Positions 17,900 to 27,414 of a DNA stretch of 42,569 bases are shown one piece after another. The stretch's first letter is position 1. Each line of letters begins with the position of its first letter. Below the pieces are notes generated by a model. It searched no databases. It saw nothing but the letters and a program-made list of their open reading frames with translations, and was not told where the DNA came from. Source of the DNA: Thermoanaerobaculia bacterium (GTDB lineage: Bacteria; Acidobacteriota; Thermoanaerobaculia; Multivoradales; JAHEKO01); assembly GCA_041575955.1 (NCBI GenBank), contig JBFGLX010000001.1, positions 1 to 42,569 on the forward strand, given 5' to 3'. Made by a program: the position numbers and the translations under genes.

Positions 17900-19014
17900 T
17901 CGCGCGCCTCTCCGGTTTGAAGACTCCGGTAGACGTCCAGGATCCGCTCGTGCATCGTCTCTTCGCTGTAGCTCTCGCGCACGGTCGCGGCCGCCCGGGC
18001 CCCGAGCCGGGCGGCCTCTCGCGGGTCGCCCAGGAGCCTCAGCAGACCCCGGCTCAGCGCCTCCGGGTCGCCCGGAGCGACCACCACTCCGGTGCGCCCG
18101 TCCTCGAGCAGGCTCCGGACCCCGCCGACCGCGGTGCAGACGAGAGGCTTGGCCATGGCCATCGCCTCCAGCAAGGTCAGGGGCAGGCCCTCCCACAACG
18201 AGGACGAGACGACCACATCGAGCGCCGCCAGAGTCGCGGGGACATCGCGCGAGATGCCGGCGAACACGACGTGCTCCTCGAGCCCCAGACGTGCCCGCTG
18301 GGCCTCGAGCTCGGGCCGCAGCGGGCCGTCGCCCACGATCACGAAGCGCGCCCCGGGCATCTCCCGCACGACGATCGCCGCCGCCTCGAGCAGTACGTGA
18401 TGGCCCTTCTGCGGCTCGAGGCGGCCGACGATGCCGATGGCCGGGTCGCCGGGCTCCAGCCCCCAGAGGGTCGTCTTGTCCGCCGGCACGACCCGCTCCG
18501 GGTCGAACCTCTCCAGGTCGATGCCGTTGTCGATCGAGACGATCTTCTCCGCCGGGTAGGTGCCGGTCTCGACCAGAAACTCCCCGGCCTCGCGCGAGAC
18601 CGCGATCACCTTCTGGCACCGGCGGGTGCAGACCCGGTGAATGAGGGTCAGCAGCTTGTTCCGCCGCCAGGGGTCTTCGTTGTGGATCGAGGAGACCCGC
18701 ACCCGGGTGCCCGCGATCGCGGCCGCCGGTTGGCCCAGCAGATCGCTCTTGCGCAGGTGGGTGTGAACGACCTCGGGGCGTTCCCGCCTGAGGAGGGCGA
18801 GCAGGCGGAAGAGGGCCCGGGGATCCGCCAGACCCCGCCGGCTGATGCGATGCACCGGCACCCCGAGCTCCGTCAGCTCGTCGTGGAGCGGGCCCTCAGA
18901 GAAGTACGCCACCTGGATCTGATGATCCAGCCGGAGATACCTCCGCACCATGGCCAGGAGTAGCATCTCGGCGCCCCCGATCTTGAGGCTGTCTATGACG
19001 TAGAAGATCCGCAT
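17890..19014 (-). CDS. Glycosyltransferase family 4
   Basis: 374 aa from the ATG at 19014 (MRIFYVIDSLKIGGAEMLLL...). Carries SSSLWEGLPLTLLEAMAMAKPLVCTAVGGVRSLLEDGRTGVVV. Overlaps the downstream GT4 by 10 nt. Confidence 0.85.
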   Translation of the reverse strand: MRIFYVIDSLKIGGAEMLLLAMVRRYLRLDHQIQVAYFSEGPLHDELTELGVPVHRISRRGLADPRALFRLLALLRRERPEVVHTHLRKSDLLGQPAAAIAGTRVRVSSIHNEDPWRRNKLLTLIHRVCTRRCQKVIAVSREAGEFLVETGTYPAEKIVSIDNGIDLERFDPERVVPADKTTLWGLEPGDPAIGIVGRLEPQKGHHVLLEAAAIVVREMPGARFVIVGDGPLRPELEAQRARLGLEEHVVFAGISRDVPATLAALDVVVSSSLWEGLPLTLLEAMAMAKPLVCTAVGGVRSLLEDGRTGVVVAPGDPEALSRGLLRLLGDPREAARLGARAAATVRESYSEETMHERILDVYRSLQTGEARECV

Positions 19015-20192
19015 GTCCGGCCCGGCGCGGCCACGATAACCTGTCGGTAGAGTTCCGGAAAGCGGGCCGCCACGACCGGCAGAGAGTAGCGCGACGCGAC
19101 CCGCTCGCGGGCCCGAAGGCCGACCGCGGCCCTCCGTTGCGGCTCGTTCAGGGCCGCCAGGACAGCCCGTCTCAGCGCCTCCGGCTCGCCCGCGGGAATC
19201 AGCCAGCCATTCTCGCCCGGATCGATCAGCTCGGGACCCGCGCCCACGGCGGTAGCCACGCACGCCAGCCCCGCGGACATCGCTTCGAGGAGCGCGTTCG
19301 AAAGGCCCTCGGCGGACGAGGGCAGCACGAACAGGTCTGCGGCCTGCAGGTAGGGGGCCACATCGAGCACCGGGCCGGGCAGAGACACTCCCTCGCCGGC
19401 GGCCCGAGCCAGGCTGGCCGCCTGGTCACCCGAGCCGACCAGCACGAGCTGCGCTCCCGGGCAGCCGGCGCGCACCGCCGGCCAGATGCCGACCAGGTCG
19501 TGCAGCCGCTTCTCCGGTGCCAGCCGTCCCGTGTAGACCACGATCGGGCCCTCGGGCAGATCGAGAGCGCTCCGGAGCGCGGCCTTGCGATCGGGCGCCA
19601 GCGGGGCGAAACGCCCGGTGTCCACCGCGTTGGGGATCGAGATCCGCCGCTCCGGCGGCACGCCTGCGGCGTCGAGCTCGGCATCGATCTCGCGACTGAT
19701 GACGACGAACCTGTCCACGCCCCGGCGCAGCCACGCGATCCGGCGGTGGCCGAGGAACCTGCCGCGCAGCCTCGCGAGGTCGCCCAGATGGCCGCCGCGC
19801 GGCACCTTGACGACCACCGGGGTGCCGAAGATCCGCTTCGCCACCAGCGCCGTGGTCGACGGGGAATAGAGATCGTGGGCATGCAGCACGTCCGGCCGCA
19901 ACCGCCTCAACAGGCGCAAGGCGGCCACCGTGAAGGTGAGCGACTTGACGGCTTTGGGCCCGGTGGCGGGCAGGCGGTGAACCGAGACGCCCTCGATGTT
20001 CTCCTGGGGCGCGAGGCCGGGGAAGCGCCGGGTCAGGACGTCGACCCTCAGACCCCGGGCCACGAGCGCCGGCGCCACTGCCGCCAGCTGACGCTCGGCC
20101 CCACCGACCACCGGGTAGTATCCGTTGATCAGCATCGCGACCCGGATCGGCTCGCCACCGGACGGCCGCTCGGCCCGGGCGTCGCCGGTCAC
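18993..20192 (-). CDS. Glycosyltransferase family 4
   Basis: 399 aa from the GTG at 20192 (GTGA overlap with the upstream stop). Carries IRVAMLINGYYPVVGGAERQL and LFVLPSSAEGLSNALLEAMSAGLACVATAVGAGPELIDPGENGWLI. A later start near VAMLING is possible. Confidence 0.8.
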   Translation of the reverse strand: MTGDARAERPSGGEPIRVAMLINGYYPVVGGAERQLAAVAPALVARGLRVDVLTRRFPGLAPQENIEGVSVHRLPATGPKAVKSLTFTVAALRLLRRLRPDVLHAHDLYSPSTTALVAKRIFGTPVVVKVPRGGHLGDLARLRGRFLGHRRIAWLRRGVDRFVVISREIDAELDAAGVPPERRISIPNAVDTGRFAPLAPDRKAALRSALDLPEGPIVVYTGRLAPEKRLHDLVGIWPAVRAGCPGAQLVLVGSGDQAASLARAAGEGVSLPGPVLDVAPYLQAADLFVLPSSAEGLSNALLEAMSAGLACVATAVGAGPELIDPGENGWLIPAGEPEALRRAVLAALNEPQRRAAVGLRARERVASRYSLPVVAARFPELYRQVIVAAPGRTCGSSTS

Positions 20193-21325
20193 CCTGGTCC
20201 ACTCCGCCGCTCGGACCGCCGGCCGCCGCCGCACGCGACCTCCCGGGCCAGCTCGAGCAGCCGGTCGGCCCATCTGTCGGGACCGTAGTTGCGGGCCACG
20301 TGGCGCCGCGCCGCGGCGCCCATCGCCACCGCTCCCGCCCGATCGTCGAGCACCGATCGCAGGGCTTCGGCCAGGGCGCGGGGCCGCCCCGGCTCGACCA
20401 GCAGACCGGTACCCTCCGCCACCACCTGCGGCAGATCGCCGACGGCGGTTGCCACCACCGGCAGCCCGGCCGCCATCCCCTCGAGAACGCTGAGCGGCAG
20501 CCCCTCCCAGAGGGAGCTGCTGACGTAGACGTCGACCGCCGCCAGCAGCCTGGGCACGTCACCGCGGACCCCCAGAAGATGGGCGTGACCGGCCAGGCCG
20601 GAGGCTTCGATCTGCGCCGCGAGCTCGCCGGCCCGGGGGCCACCACCGGCGATCACGAGCGCCGCGCCGGGGTGGGTCAGGCGGAGCTCGCCGAAGGCCG
20701 TCAGCAGATCGTCGAACGCCTTCTGACGCCGCAGCATGCCGGTGGACATGACAATGAAGTCCTTGCCGTCGCCCGCCAGCTCGCGGCGGATCGAGCACCG
20801 CTCGGCCTCGGCCAAAAGCGGGATCGGCGCCACCGGATTCGGGATCTCGATCGGGCGCCTGCCGCCGAGGCGCTCCTGATGCGCCTCGGCGACCGCACGT
20901 CCGACGGCCACCACCCGGCGCGACAGACGCCGCAGCGTCCAGGACTCGAGCGCGCCGCGCAATCGGTTGGGCGGCGGAGCCTCGCTGTGCAGGGTCGAGA
21001 TCGCCGGCGTGCCGGCGAGGGCCGCGGCGATCGGCCCCAGGATGTTGGCCGTCGACAGGTGCGTGAACAGGACGTCGAAGCGCTCCCGGCGCAAGAGCCG
21101 GACCAGACTGACCAGCTGCCGCGGATCGGACAGGCTGGCGCTCCCAAGGGTCACCAGCCGGGCGTCGAGCGCCGCCAGCTCGCGGAAGATCTCCGGGTAC
21201 CGGGGCGGCTTCAGACCCACGATCGTCACCTCCACGCCGCGCTCCCGGGCCGCGCGGGCGAAGAGCACTTGCAGCTTCTCGGCGCCGCCTACGGTCAGGG
21301 AGTCGATCAGCTGGACGATGCGCAT
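20189..21325 (-). CDS. Glycosyltransferase family 4
   Basis: 378 aa from the ATG at 21325 (MRIVQLIDSLTVGGAEKLQVLF...). Carries SSSLWEGLPLSVLEGMAAGLPVVATAVGDLPQVVAEGTGLLV. Confidence 0.85.
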   Translation of the reverse strand: MRIVQLIDSLTVGGAEKLQVLFARAARERGVEVTIVGLKPPRYPEIFRELAALDARLVTLGSASLSDPRQLVSLVRLLRRERFDVLFTHLSTANILGPIAAALAGTPAISTLHSEAPPPNRLRGALESWTLRRLSRRVVAVGRAVAEAHQERLGGRRPIEIPNPVAPIPLLAEAERCSIRRELAGDGKDFIVMSTGMLRRQKAFDDLLTAFGELRLTHPGAALVIAGGGPRAGELAAQIEASGLAGHAHLLGVRGDVPRLLAAVDVYVSSSLWEGLPLSVLEGMAAGLPVVATAVGDLPQVVAEGTGLLVEPGRPRALAEALRSVLDDRAGAVAMGAAARRHVARNYGPDRWADRLLELAREVACGGGRRSERRSGPG

Positions 21326-21432
21326 CGAGGCGTAGGCGCCGGAAACCACGGGTCCGGGCGCCCCGCTCGAGAGCATAGCCGGCGCCGGGACGCGACGCCG
21401 TTAGAGACGCCGCTGCGCGCCGCCGGGTCGGA

Positions 21433-22827
21433 TCAGCAGCCTCCCTTACGGCCCAGCACCACGCTCGCGGTGCGGTAGAGGATCCACATGTCCAGAAACA
21501 GGTTGCGCCGCTCGATGTAGGAGATGTCGATACGCGCCCGCTGCTCGAAGTCCGACGAGCCGCGACCATTGATCTGCCACAGGCCGGTGAGGCCGGGCGG
21601 CACCGTCAGGCGCGCCTTCTGCCACAAGGTGTAGGTCTCGTCGGAGAAGGATGTGGGGCGAGGCCCGACCAGGCTCATCTCGCCGCGCACGACGTTCAGC
21701 AGCTGCGGCAGCTCGTCGAGGCTGGTCTCGCGCAGGAAGCGGCCTACGCGGGTGACGCGCGGATCCTCCTTCAGCTTGAAGTCGGGCCACGGCATCTCGC
21801 TCTGCGGGCGCAGCTCGGCCTTGAGCTCCTCGGCCTCCGGCACCATGGTCCTGAACTTGAACAACTGAAAGCGCCGTCCCCACCTGCCGACGCGAGTCTG
21901 CTGGAACAGAACCGGCCCACCGGGCGAGCTCACCTTGATGGCGATCGCGATCAGCGCGAAGACGGCGAGCCACAGGGGCGCGAACAGACCGACCACGAGC
22001 AGGTCGAACGCCCGCTTCGCTACCCAGCCGGCGCGCTCGTTGAGCGACGGCTCCGCCAGCGCGCTCGGGTCCCAGGCGACGCTGCCGCCGGTGAGCCGCG
22101 GGCCGCGGTGCGGCCGCGAGCGCTTTACCTCGGCCTCGATCGAGCGCCGCCTCGCGGACGCCTTCTCGAGCTCGGTGAACGGCATCTCCAGCTGACCGGT
22201 CTCGCCGAGGCGCTCGGGCGGCATCAGGCTCGACTCGGCGAGCTGCACCAACTGTCGCAGGCTGAGGGCCTGGTCGGGGAACGTCGCCACCCCGAGCTGG
22301 GCCTCGATGCCGAGCTGGCGGCTCAGCGCCAGGGCGATCTTCTTCGCCACTCTGACGGCGTTCTTCCAGCCGGTTTCCGGGCAGAGCAGAATCAGCCTGT
22401 GGGGCTCTTCGCCGGCGATCGTCAGGTCGCTGCGCCGGGTCGAGTCGGCGGCCACCTTCGCCGCCCAGCTCAGGGCGTAGGAGCCCAGGTACCGGCGGCT
22501 GGTCTCGAGCCTCACCTCTTTGAGCTGCGCCGCGAGCGACTCTTCGTCGATCTCGACGACGATGCAGCTCAGCGGGCGCTCGTGACGGGAGGCGAGGAGG
22601 AACTGCTGCGCGGCCGGGTCGACAGCCGGAGGCGCCGCCGCGGCTCCGAGGCCCCGCACTCGATTCCCGTGATGCGCCGGCTGCACCGCGCCCGCGAGCC
22701 GCACCAGGCGCAGCGACGCATCCGACTCGTCAGTCGTCCGTCGATCGACTGGCGAGCGCCGATCCATTCCGGTCCGGAAGAGCAAATCCACTGAAACGAG
22801 GTTAAGGAGCGTCGCGATTCCTGTCAA
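21433..22827 (-). CDS. Priming polyprenyl-phosphate sugar-phosphate transferase (bacterial sugar transferase, WbaP/EpsB-like) with an N-terminal degenerate GGDEF-like module
   Basis: The C-terminal 200 aa read [95 protein letters not shown]. The start is uncertain: TTG 22827 in the track, or ATG 22767. Confidence 0.85.
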   Translation of the reverse strand: MTGIATLLNLVSVDLLFRTGMDRRSPVDRRTTDESDASLRLVRLAGAVQPAHHGNRVRGLGAAAAPPAVDPAAQQFLLASRHERPLSCIVVEIDEESLAAQLKEVRLETSRRYLGSYALSWAAKVAADSTRRSDLTIAGEEPHRLILLCPETGWKNAVRVAKKIALALSRQLGIEAQLGVATFPDQALSLRQLVQLAESSLMPPERLGETGQLEMPFTELEKASARRRSIEAEVKRSRPHRGPRLTGGSVAWDPSALAEPSLNERAGWVAKRAFDLLVVGLFAPLWLAVFALIAIAIKVSSPGGPVLFQQTRVGRWGRRFQLFKFRTMVPEAEELKAELRPQSEMPWPDFKLKEDPRVTRVGRFLRETSLDELPQLLNVVRGEMSLVGPRPTSFSDETYTLWQKARLTVPPGLTGLWQINGRGSSDFEQRARIDISYIERRNLFLDMWILYRTASVVLGRKGGC

Positions 22828-22871
22828 TCCTATTCACAAGGTTCGATGAACGACGTCAGCGGGAGGACCGA

Positions 22872-24980
22872 GTGGCTTCGGCTATAGTGGCTCCTTCGGC
22901 GCCTCGAGGCGAATCGGTGGAGGCCAAACGGTCCACAGGAGTCTGGTTGCTGACGGGCATCGTGGTGCTCGGGTTGGGGCTCCGCCTCTATCGCCTGGAC
23001 GCGCTGGGTTTCGCCGGCAACGAAGACTATCTGGTCATCGCGGTTCGCGGCGTCCTCGCCACGGGCGCTCCGGAGTTCCCGTCGGGCATCGTCTATCCGA
23101 GGGCGCCGCCCTTGACTTATCTGGCCGCCGCCACGGCGGCCCTCCTCGGACCGAGCGAGCTCGCCCTGCGCTTGCCGAGCGTGCTCTTCTCGACGCTGTC
23201 GATCGTCCTCGTCTACCTCCTCGCCGCGCGCTGGATCTCGGTCCGGGTGGCGCTGCTCGCCGCTCTCTTGATGGCGATCTCGGACTGGGAGATTCAAGTC
23301 GGGCGCACCGCCCGGATGTACTCGATGCTGTCGGCGACCTGCCTGCTCTCGGTATGGCTGCTCGATCGAGCCCTGGTCGCGCGCGGGCGCTGGCCGGGCG
23401 CGGCCGCCGCGCTCTCGACCGCGCTCGCCTGCTGGACGCACCAGCTCGGCCTCGCGGTGGGCGTGATGTACGCGTGCTTTCCCACGCACTTCGGGCTCGA
23501 CCGCCGGCAGCTCCGGCTGATCGGCTCCTGCCTGCTGGTCGCCGTGGTCAGCGCCGGCGCCTACCGCCTCGTCAGCAGCCGCCAGTACGACCGGTGGGAT
23601 GCCGCGGTCGAGAGCGCGCGGGGTAGCGTCTGGGAGGAGGCGCCGGACGTCCGCGGCGACCTGCGCGAAGAGATCTCGAGCCGCTACCTCGGACCCTGGC
23701 GGGCGCTGCGGAGTGCCGGTGGCGGCCTTTTCACCGGCCTGACGGCGCTGGCGCTGGGCGCCCTCGGGGCGCTGGCGTTCGCCGCCTGGCGCTACCCGCG
23801 AGAGCGCCTGCTGGTAGCGGCCGCGGCGCTCCTCGTCGGCACGCTCTACCTGCAACAGCTGGCCCTGGCGGCGATCGTGATCGCCGTCTACGCCGCGCTC
23901 GGGCGGCAGCTCCAGCCGGAGGGCTACCGGATTCGGGCGCTCGTGCTCGGGTCGGTTCTGGCGGCGGCCGGCCTCGGCTGGCTGCTGTTCGCCCTGCTGG
24001 TCCCCGCCGGGCCGGCAGCCGCCGGCGACCCGGCGGGCGCCGCGGGCGCCCTCAAGAGCGCCCTGAAGGCGCTGCTCGGCTACCCGCCCAACTTCTTCAA
24101 GCTCTTCGCCGAGCGCTATCCGGCGATGAGCGCCCTCGCTTTCTGCGCGCTGGTGGTGGCGGCCGCGCGCTACCTCTCCAGCGGCCGGGTCGGGCGGCTC
24201 GGCCTGCTGGCGCTGCTGTTCGTCGCCCCGGCCCTGGCTCTCGGCTTCCACCCCCGGTCGATCGGGCGAACCCTCGAGAGATACGTCTTCTTCCTCGACC
24301 CGTTCTTTCTCATGCTGGCCGCCTTCGGCGCCGTCTGGCTCGGCGAAAGGCTGTGGGTGCGGATGTCGGGTCGCGGGCCGCTGCGCGGCCTGGCGGTGAG
24401 CGCGTACGTCGTCCTGCTGGTCGTCGCCACCGGCTTCGCCAACCTACGCGCCGCCGTCGCCTGCGTCACCGCCGGGTACGGCTCGAATGGGGGCGTCCGC
24501 GACCTCGAGGACGCCGGATCCTTCTACCCCGATCTCGCCGGCCCGGCGCTGTTCGTCAAGGCAAAGCTGCGCCCGGACGACGTTGTAGCGGCGATGGACG
24601 TCCTGGGCAGCTTCGCCTATCTGCCGCGGATCGACTATCAAGTGAGCCTGTTCGGCAAGCCCGACGCCGAAGGGTGGCTCGGCGCCCGCTCGCTGGCCAG
24701 CGCCGGCGAGCTGGCCGCGGCGCTCGAGCGACATCGGGGCCGGCGGGTCTGGGTCGTGCTGTCCGCGACCCACCTGCGGAAGTTCGACGGCGACCCCCGG
24801 ATGGACGCCATCTTGCGCCTGGTCGAGGAGCGCGCCGGCGAGCCGCGCTACCGCGGGCGCGACGGGCTCTCGGATGTGTATCTGATCGCCCCCCGAATCC
24901 CTCTCCCACCCAACACGGTGGGAGAGGGACGCCGGCGCCCGGCACCCGCTCGGTTGAAGCTGTCGAGCCTCCCTCGGTAG
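22872..24980 (+). CDS. GT-C fold membrane glycosyltransferase (ArnT / PMT_2, GT39/GT83-like) with a C-terminal soluble domain
   Basis: 702 aa. N-terminus: VWLLTGIVVLGLGLRLYRLDALGFAGNEDYLVIAVRGVL..G.P..PSG..Y.RAPPLTYL...LRLPSVLFSTLSIVLVYLLA. More than 10 TM segments. High GC3 through about 24895. The start is GTG 22872 or GTG 22917. Confidence 0.75.
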   Translation: MASAIVAPSAPRGESVEAKRSTGVWLLTGIVVLGLGLRLYRLDALGFAGNEDYLVIAVRGVLATGAPEFPSGIVYPRAPPLTYLAAATAALLGPSELALRLPSVLFSTLSIVLVYLLAARWISVRVALLAALLMAISDWEIQVGRTARMYSMLSATCLLSVWLLDRALVARGRWPGAAAALSTALACWTHQLGLAVGVMYACFPTHFGLDRRQLRLIGSCLLVAVVSAGAYRLVSSRQYDRWDAAVESARGSVWEEAPDVRGDLREEISSRYLGPWRALRSAGGGLFTGLTALALGALGALAFAAWRYPRERLLVAAAALLVGTLYLQQLALAAIVIAVYAALGRQLQPEGYRIRALVLGSVLAAAGLGWLLFALLVPAGPAAAGDPAGAAGALKSALKALLGYPPNFFKLFAERYPAMSALAFCALVVAAARYLSSGRVGRLGLLALLFVAPALALGFHPRSIGRTLERYVFFLDPFFLMLAAFGAVWLGERLWVRMSGRGPLRGLAVSAYVVLLVVATGFANLRAAVACVTAGYGSNGGVRDLEDAGSFYPDLAGPALFVKAKLRPDDVVAAMDVLGSFAYLPRIDYQVSLFGKPDAEGWLGARSLASAGELAAALERHRGRRVWVVLSATHLRKFDGDPRMDAILRLVEERAGEPRYRGRDGLSDVYLIAPRIPLPPNTVGEGRRRPAPARLKLSSLPR

Positions 24981-25727
24981 CGCGGCGGGGTGATCGGATC
25001 CGCCCCGGCGCGCTGACGGAGGCCCGGAGCGCGTGTGGTGGAGGCCGAGCACCATCGTCCCCGCCGCCAGGCAGAGGGTCGCCAGGACCTCGGCCGCCTC
25101 CTCGATGGGCAGGGTCAGGACGTCCGCCACCGCCGACAGCACGAAGCCGAGCATGCCGAGGCCGAACAGTAGAGCCGCGCCGCGCGACGCCAGCAGCACC
25201 GAGCGGAACGCGATCAAGAAGAGCGCCGCCGGCAGCGCGAAGAGCACCACCACCGCGTCGTCGGGCCGCTTGATCAGCGGCAAGGCTTTCAAGAACTGCA
25301 GGTTGTGGCCGATCGTCTCGTGGATGCCGAGGGTCTCGTCGGCCACCAGGTAGCTGGCGCCGACGAAGGCGGCCACGAAGCACCAGAACCTGGTGCCGCG
25401 CGGGCCTCCGCCCGCGGCCGCCACGATCACGCCGAAGGTCAGCGACATGAACGCGACCCCGGTCAGGAGATAGGCGTTCAGGAGGTCGAGGCTCGGGCGC
25501 TGCTCGGGCTCGACATAGAGGGTCAGCCAACCGCCGAAGCGGACCTTGTAGACCTTGCCCTCGGTGTAGGGGAGCAGCTGACCCTTCTCCAGCACCTGGT
25601 AGTCGGAGGCGAACGCGTAGAGCAGGGCGCCGGCGGCGACGACGAGCAGCAGGAGCCCCCCGACCAGCAGCCAGCTCGATCGACTGGCGAAGCGCCGCGC
25701 TCCGGGCCGGCGGCCGGCCGGGCTCAC
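24444..25727 (-). CDS. Polytopic membrane protein, unknown function (3' tail overlaps the convergent GT-C gene)
   Basis: GTG 25727 overlaps the TGA of the upstream TolB-like gene (GTGA). About 6 hydrophobic helices lie at aa 15-250, with near-100% GC3. There is no minus-strand stop in any frame between about 25060 and 24851, so the ORF runs to 24444 through shadow sequence. Confidence 0.6.
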   Translation of the reverse strand: MSPAGRRPGARRFASRSSWLLVGGLLLLVVAAGALLYAFASDYQVLEKGQLLPYTEGKVYKVRFGGWLTLYVEPEQRPSLDLLNAYLLTGVAFMSLTFGVIVAAAGGGPRGTRFWCFVAAFVGASYLVADETLGIHETIGHNLQFLKALPLIKRPDDAVVVLFALPAALFLIAFRSVLLASRGAALLFGLGMLGFVLSAVADVLTLPIEEAAEVLATLCLAAGTMVLGLHHTRSGPPSARRGGSDHPAALPREARQLQPSGCRAPASLSHRVGWERDSGGDQIHIREPVAPAVARLAGALLDQAQDGVHPGVAVELPQVGRGQHDPDPPAPMSLERRGQLAGAGQRAGAEPPFGVGLAEQAHLIVDPRQIGEAAQDVHRRYNVVRAQLCLDEQRRAGEIGVEGSGVLEVADAPIRAVPGGDAGDGGA

Positions 25728-27148
25728 GGCGCCCCCGGCGGCGCGAGCGGCACCCAGACCGGCGCCTGCTCGCTGCCCTCCGCGTCGGACACCCGCGTCG
25801 GCTCGCTGCCGTCCGACCGCATGACGAACAGGTCGATGCCACCGTGGCGATCGGAGTCGAACGCGATCCAGCGGCCGTCCGGAGACCACGAGGGATAGCC
25901 GTCGTCGGCCAGGTGCTCGGTCAGCCGGCGGACGTCGCTGCCGTCGATGGCCATCGAATAGACGTCGAAATCGCTGCCGTCGCGGATCGACATCCAGACG
26001 ATGCGCCGGCCGTCGGGCGACACCCGGGGCGGGCCCTCGCCTCCGTAGCGGTGCCCGGGCACCGAGTCGTTGCCGGCGAAGCGGGTCAGCTGACGGGCCT
26101 CGCCACCGGCGACCGGCATCGCCCAGATCTCGGCGCTGCCGCCGCGATTCGACCAGAAGACCACGGTCTCGCCATCGGGCGTCACGTCCGGCTGGCAGTC
26201 GTCGGCGTCGTTGTCGGTCAGCCGGCGCTCGACGGCGCCGTCGGGCGCGAGCAGAAACAGCTCCTTGTCGCCGGCCTCGTGCCCGCAGACCACCAGTCCA
26301 CCGCCGGGGAGCACGCCGAGCCACGAGTCGGCCACCGGGCGATCGGAGAGGCGGTCCAGCTCGCCGGTCGCCGGATCGAGCCGATAGAGGCGGTAGCCGG
26401 GCTCGGCGCCGGCCGGTCGGTCGGAGACGACAACCACCTCGCGCCCGCCGGCGTAGGCCCACTCCGTGCCCGGAGCGGCAGTCAGGTTCCGCTCTTCGCC
26501 GGTGCGCAGATCGCGCCGGTAGACCTCGTAGTCGCCGTCGCGGTTCGTGCTGAAGACCAGGTCCCAGCGCTCGGCCCACTCGCCGCCGATCCGCGCCGGG
26601 CGCAGGCCGAAGCTCTCGTAGGAGACCGACATGAAGGGCTCCCAGGCCGCGCCGACCCGCCGCTCGCTGACCATCGTGAAGTGGTTTGCGTCGGGTAGCT
26701 CGATCCAGCTGCGAATGGTGGCGCTGCGCGAGTCGTCGCCGTAGCTCTCGTCGAAGCGGACCCGGCCCTCCTGCTCGGTCATCGTGCCCGAGCTGACGCC
26801 ACCGAGGCTGTTGAAGTACCAGAACCTCACCGCGCCGGCGCCGGCGTCCCAGCCGTACCACGTCTCGCCCGAGTAGGCCTCCTGGCCACCGATCACGCGG
26901 TGGCTGTCGCGCAGGAAGCGCTCCCCGAGCGCCCACTCCCAGCAGCGCAGGTCGCGCGCGTCGGAGCCTTCGAAGCGCCCGCTCCAGCACCTGCCCGCTA
27001 GCTGCGCGAGCGATCCGAAGCGCGCCTTCCAGGCCGCCGCATCGTCGGTCTCGGCGGCGGCCGCACCACCGGCGAGGCCGAGCGCCAGCACCGCGAAGAT
27101 CGCCGCCACGGCGGCAGGTCCTGAACGGTTGTCCGGTGGCACGGTCAT
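25724..27148 (-). CDS. Secreted TolB-like beta-propeller protein (PD40/WD40-like repeats) with an about 170-aa N-terminal domain of unknown function
   Basis: 474 aa with a signal peptide/anchor. Repeated PD40-type units are present (DVTPDGETVVFWSNRGGSAEIWAM, PRVSPDGRRIVWMSIRDGSDFDVYSM, YPSWSPDGRWIAFDSDRHGGIDLFVM). Confidence 0.8.
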   Translation of the reverse strand: MTVPPDNRSGPAAVAAIFAVLALGLAGGAAAAETDDAAAWKARFGSLAQLAGRCWSGRFEGSDARDLRCWEWALGERFLRDSHRVIGGQEAYSGETWYGWDAGAGAVRFWYFNSLGGVSSGTMTEQEGRVRFDESYGDDSRSATIRSWIELPDANHFTMVSERRVGAAWEPFMSVSYESFGLRPARIGGEWAERWDLVFSTNRDGDYEVYRRDLRTGEERNLTAAPGTEWAYAGGREVVVVSDRPAGAEPGYRLYRLDPATGELDRLSDRPVADSWLGVLPGGGLVVCGHEAGDKELFLLAPDGAVERRLTDNDADDCQPDVTPDGETVVFWSNRGGSAEIWAMPVAGGEARQLTRFAGNDSVPGHRYGGEGPPRVSPDGRRIVWMSIRDGSDFDVYSMAIDGSDVRRLTEHLADDGYPSWSPDGRWIAFDSDRHGGIDLFVMRSDGSEPTRVSDAEGSEQAPVWVPLAPPGAP

Positions 27149-27414
27149 CGGCAGCCGCGATCATATCCAGGTCGAGCGAGCGCGCACGATCTGTGAGCCG
27201 GTTCATAGTCCGCTCGACCGCCGGCGGGTACCTTAGCTCCAGGAGCTTCCGTCTTGCGCTCGGGAATCCGCCCAGCCCTCACCCTGACTCCGACCGGTGC
27301 TCGCACCGTCGAGGGGCGGAGCGTCGCCGGCCGTCCGGTTAGCAGCAGCCCCGCGAGGCTGCTGGCTTTGCCGGCGCCCGCTGTTCCTCTACCCTGGCTG
27401 ACCGGAGGAGGCCC

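Noticed and set aside
24444-27206. A single 920-aa minus-strand ORF.
   Set aside because: Its upstream 493 codons are out-of-frame shadow of the TolB-like gene (25724..27148). Only the part from GTG 25727 downward has membrane-protein character, so I split it accordingly.
27340-27368. A hairpin AGCAGCAGCC-ccgcga-GGCTGCTGGCT upstream of the archaemetzincin gene, considered as a terminator or riboswitch stem.
   Set aside because: It sits in a divergent promoter region with no upstream gene to terminate, and it has a bulged stem and no T-tract. There is too little evidence to call a feature.
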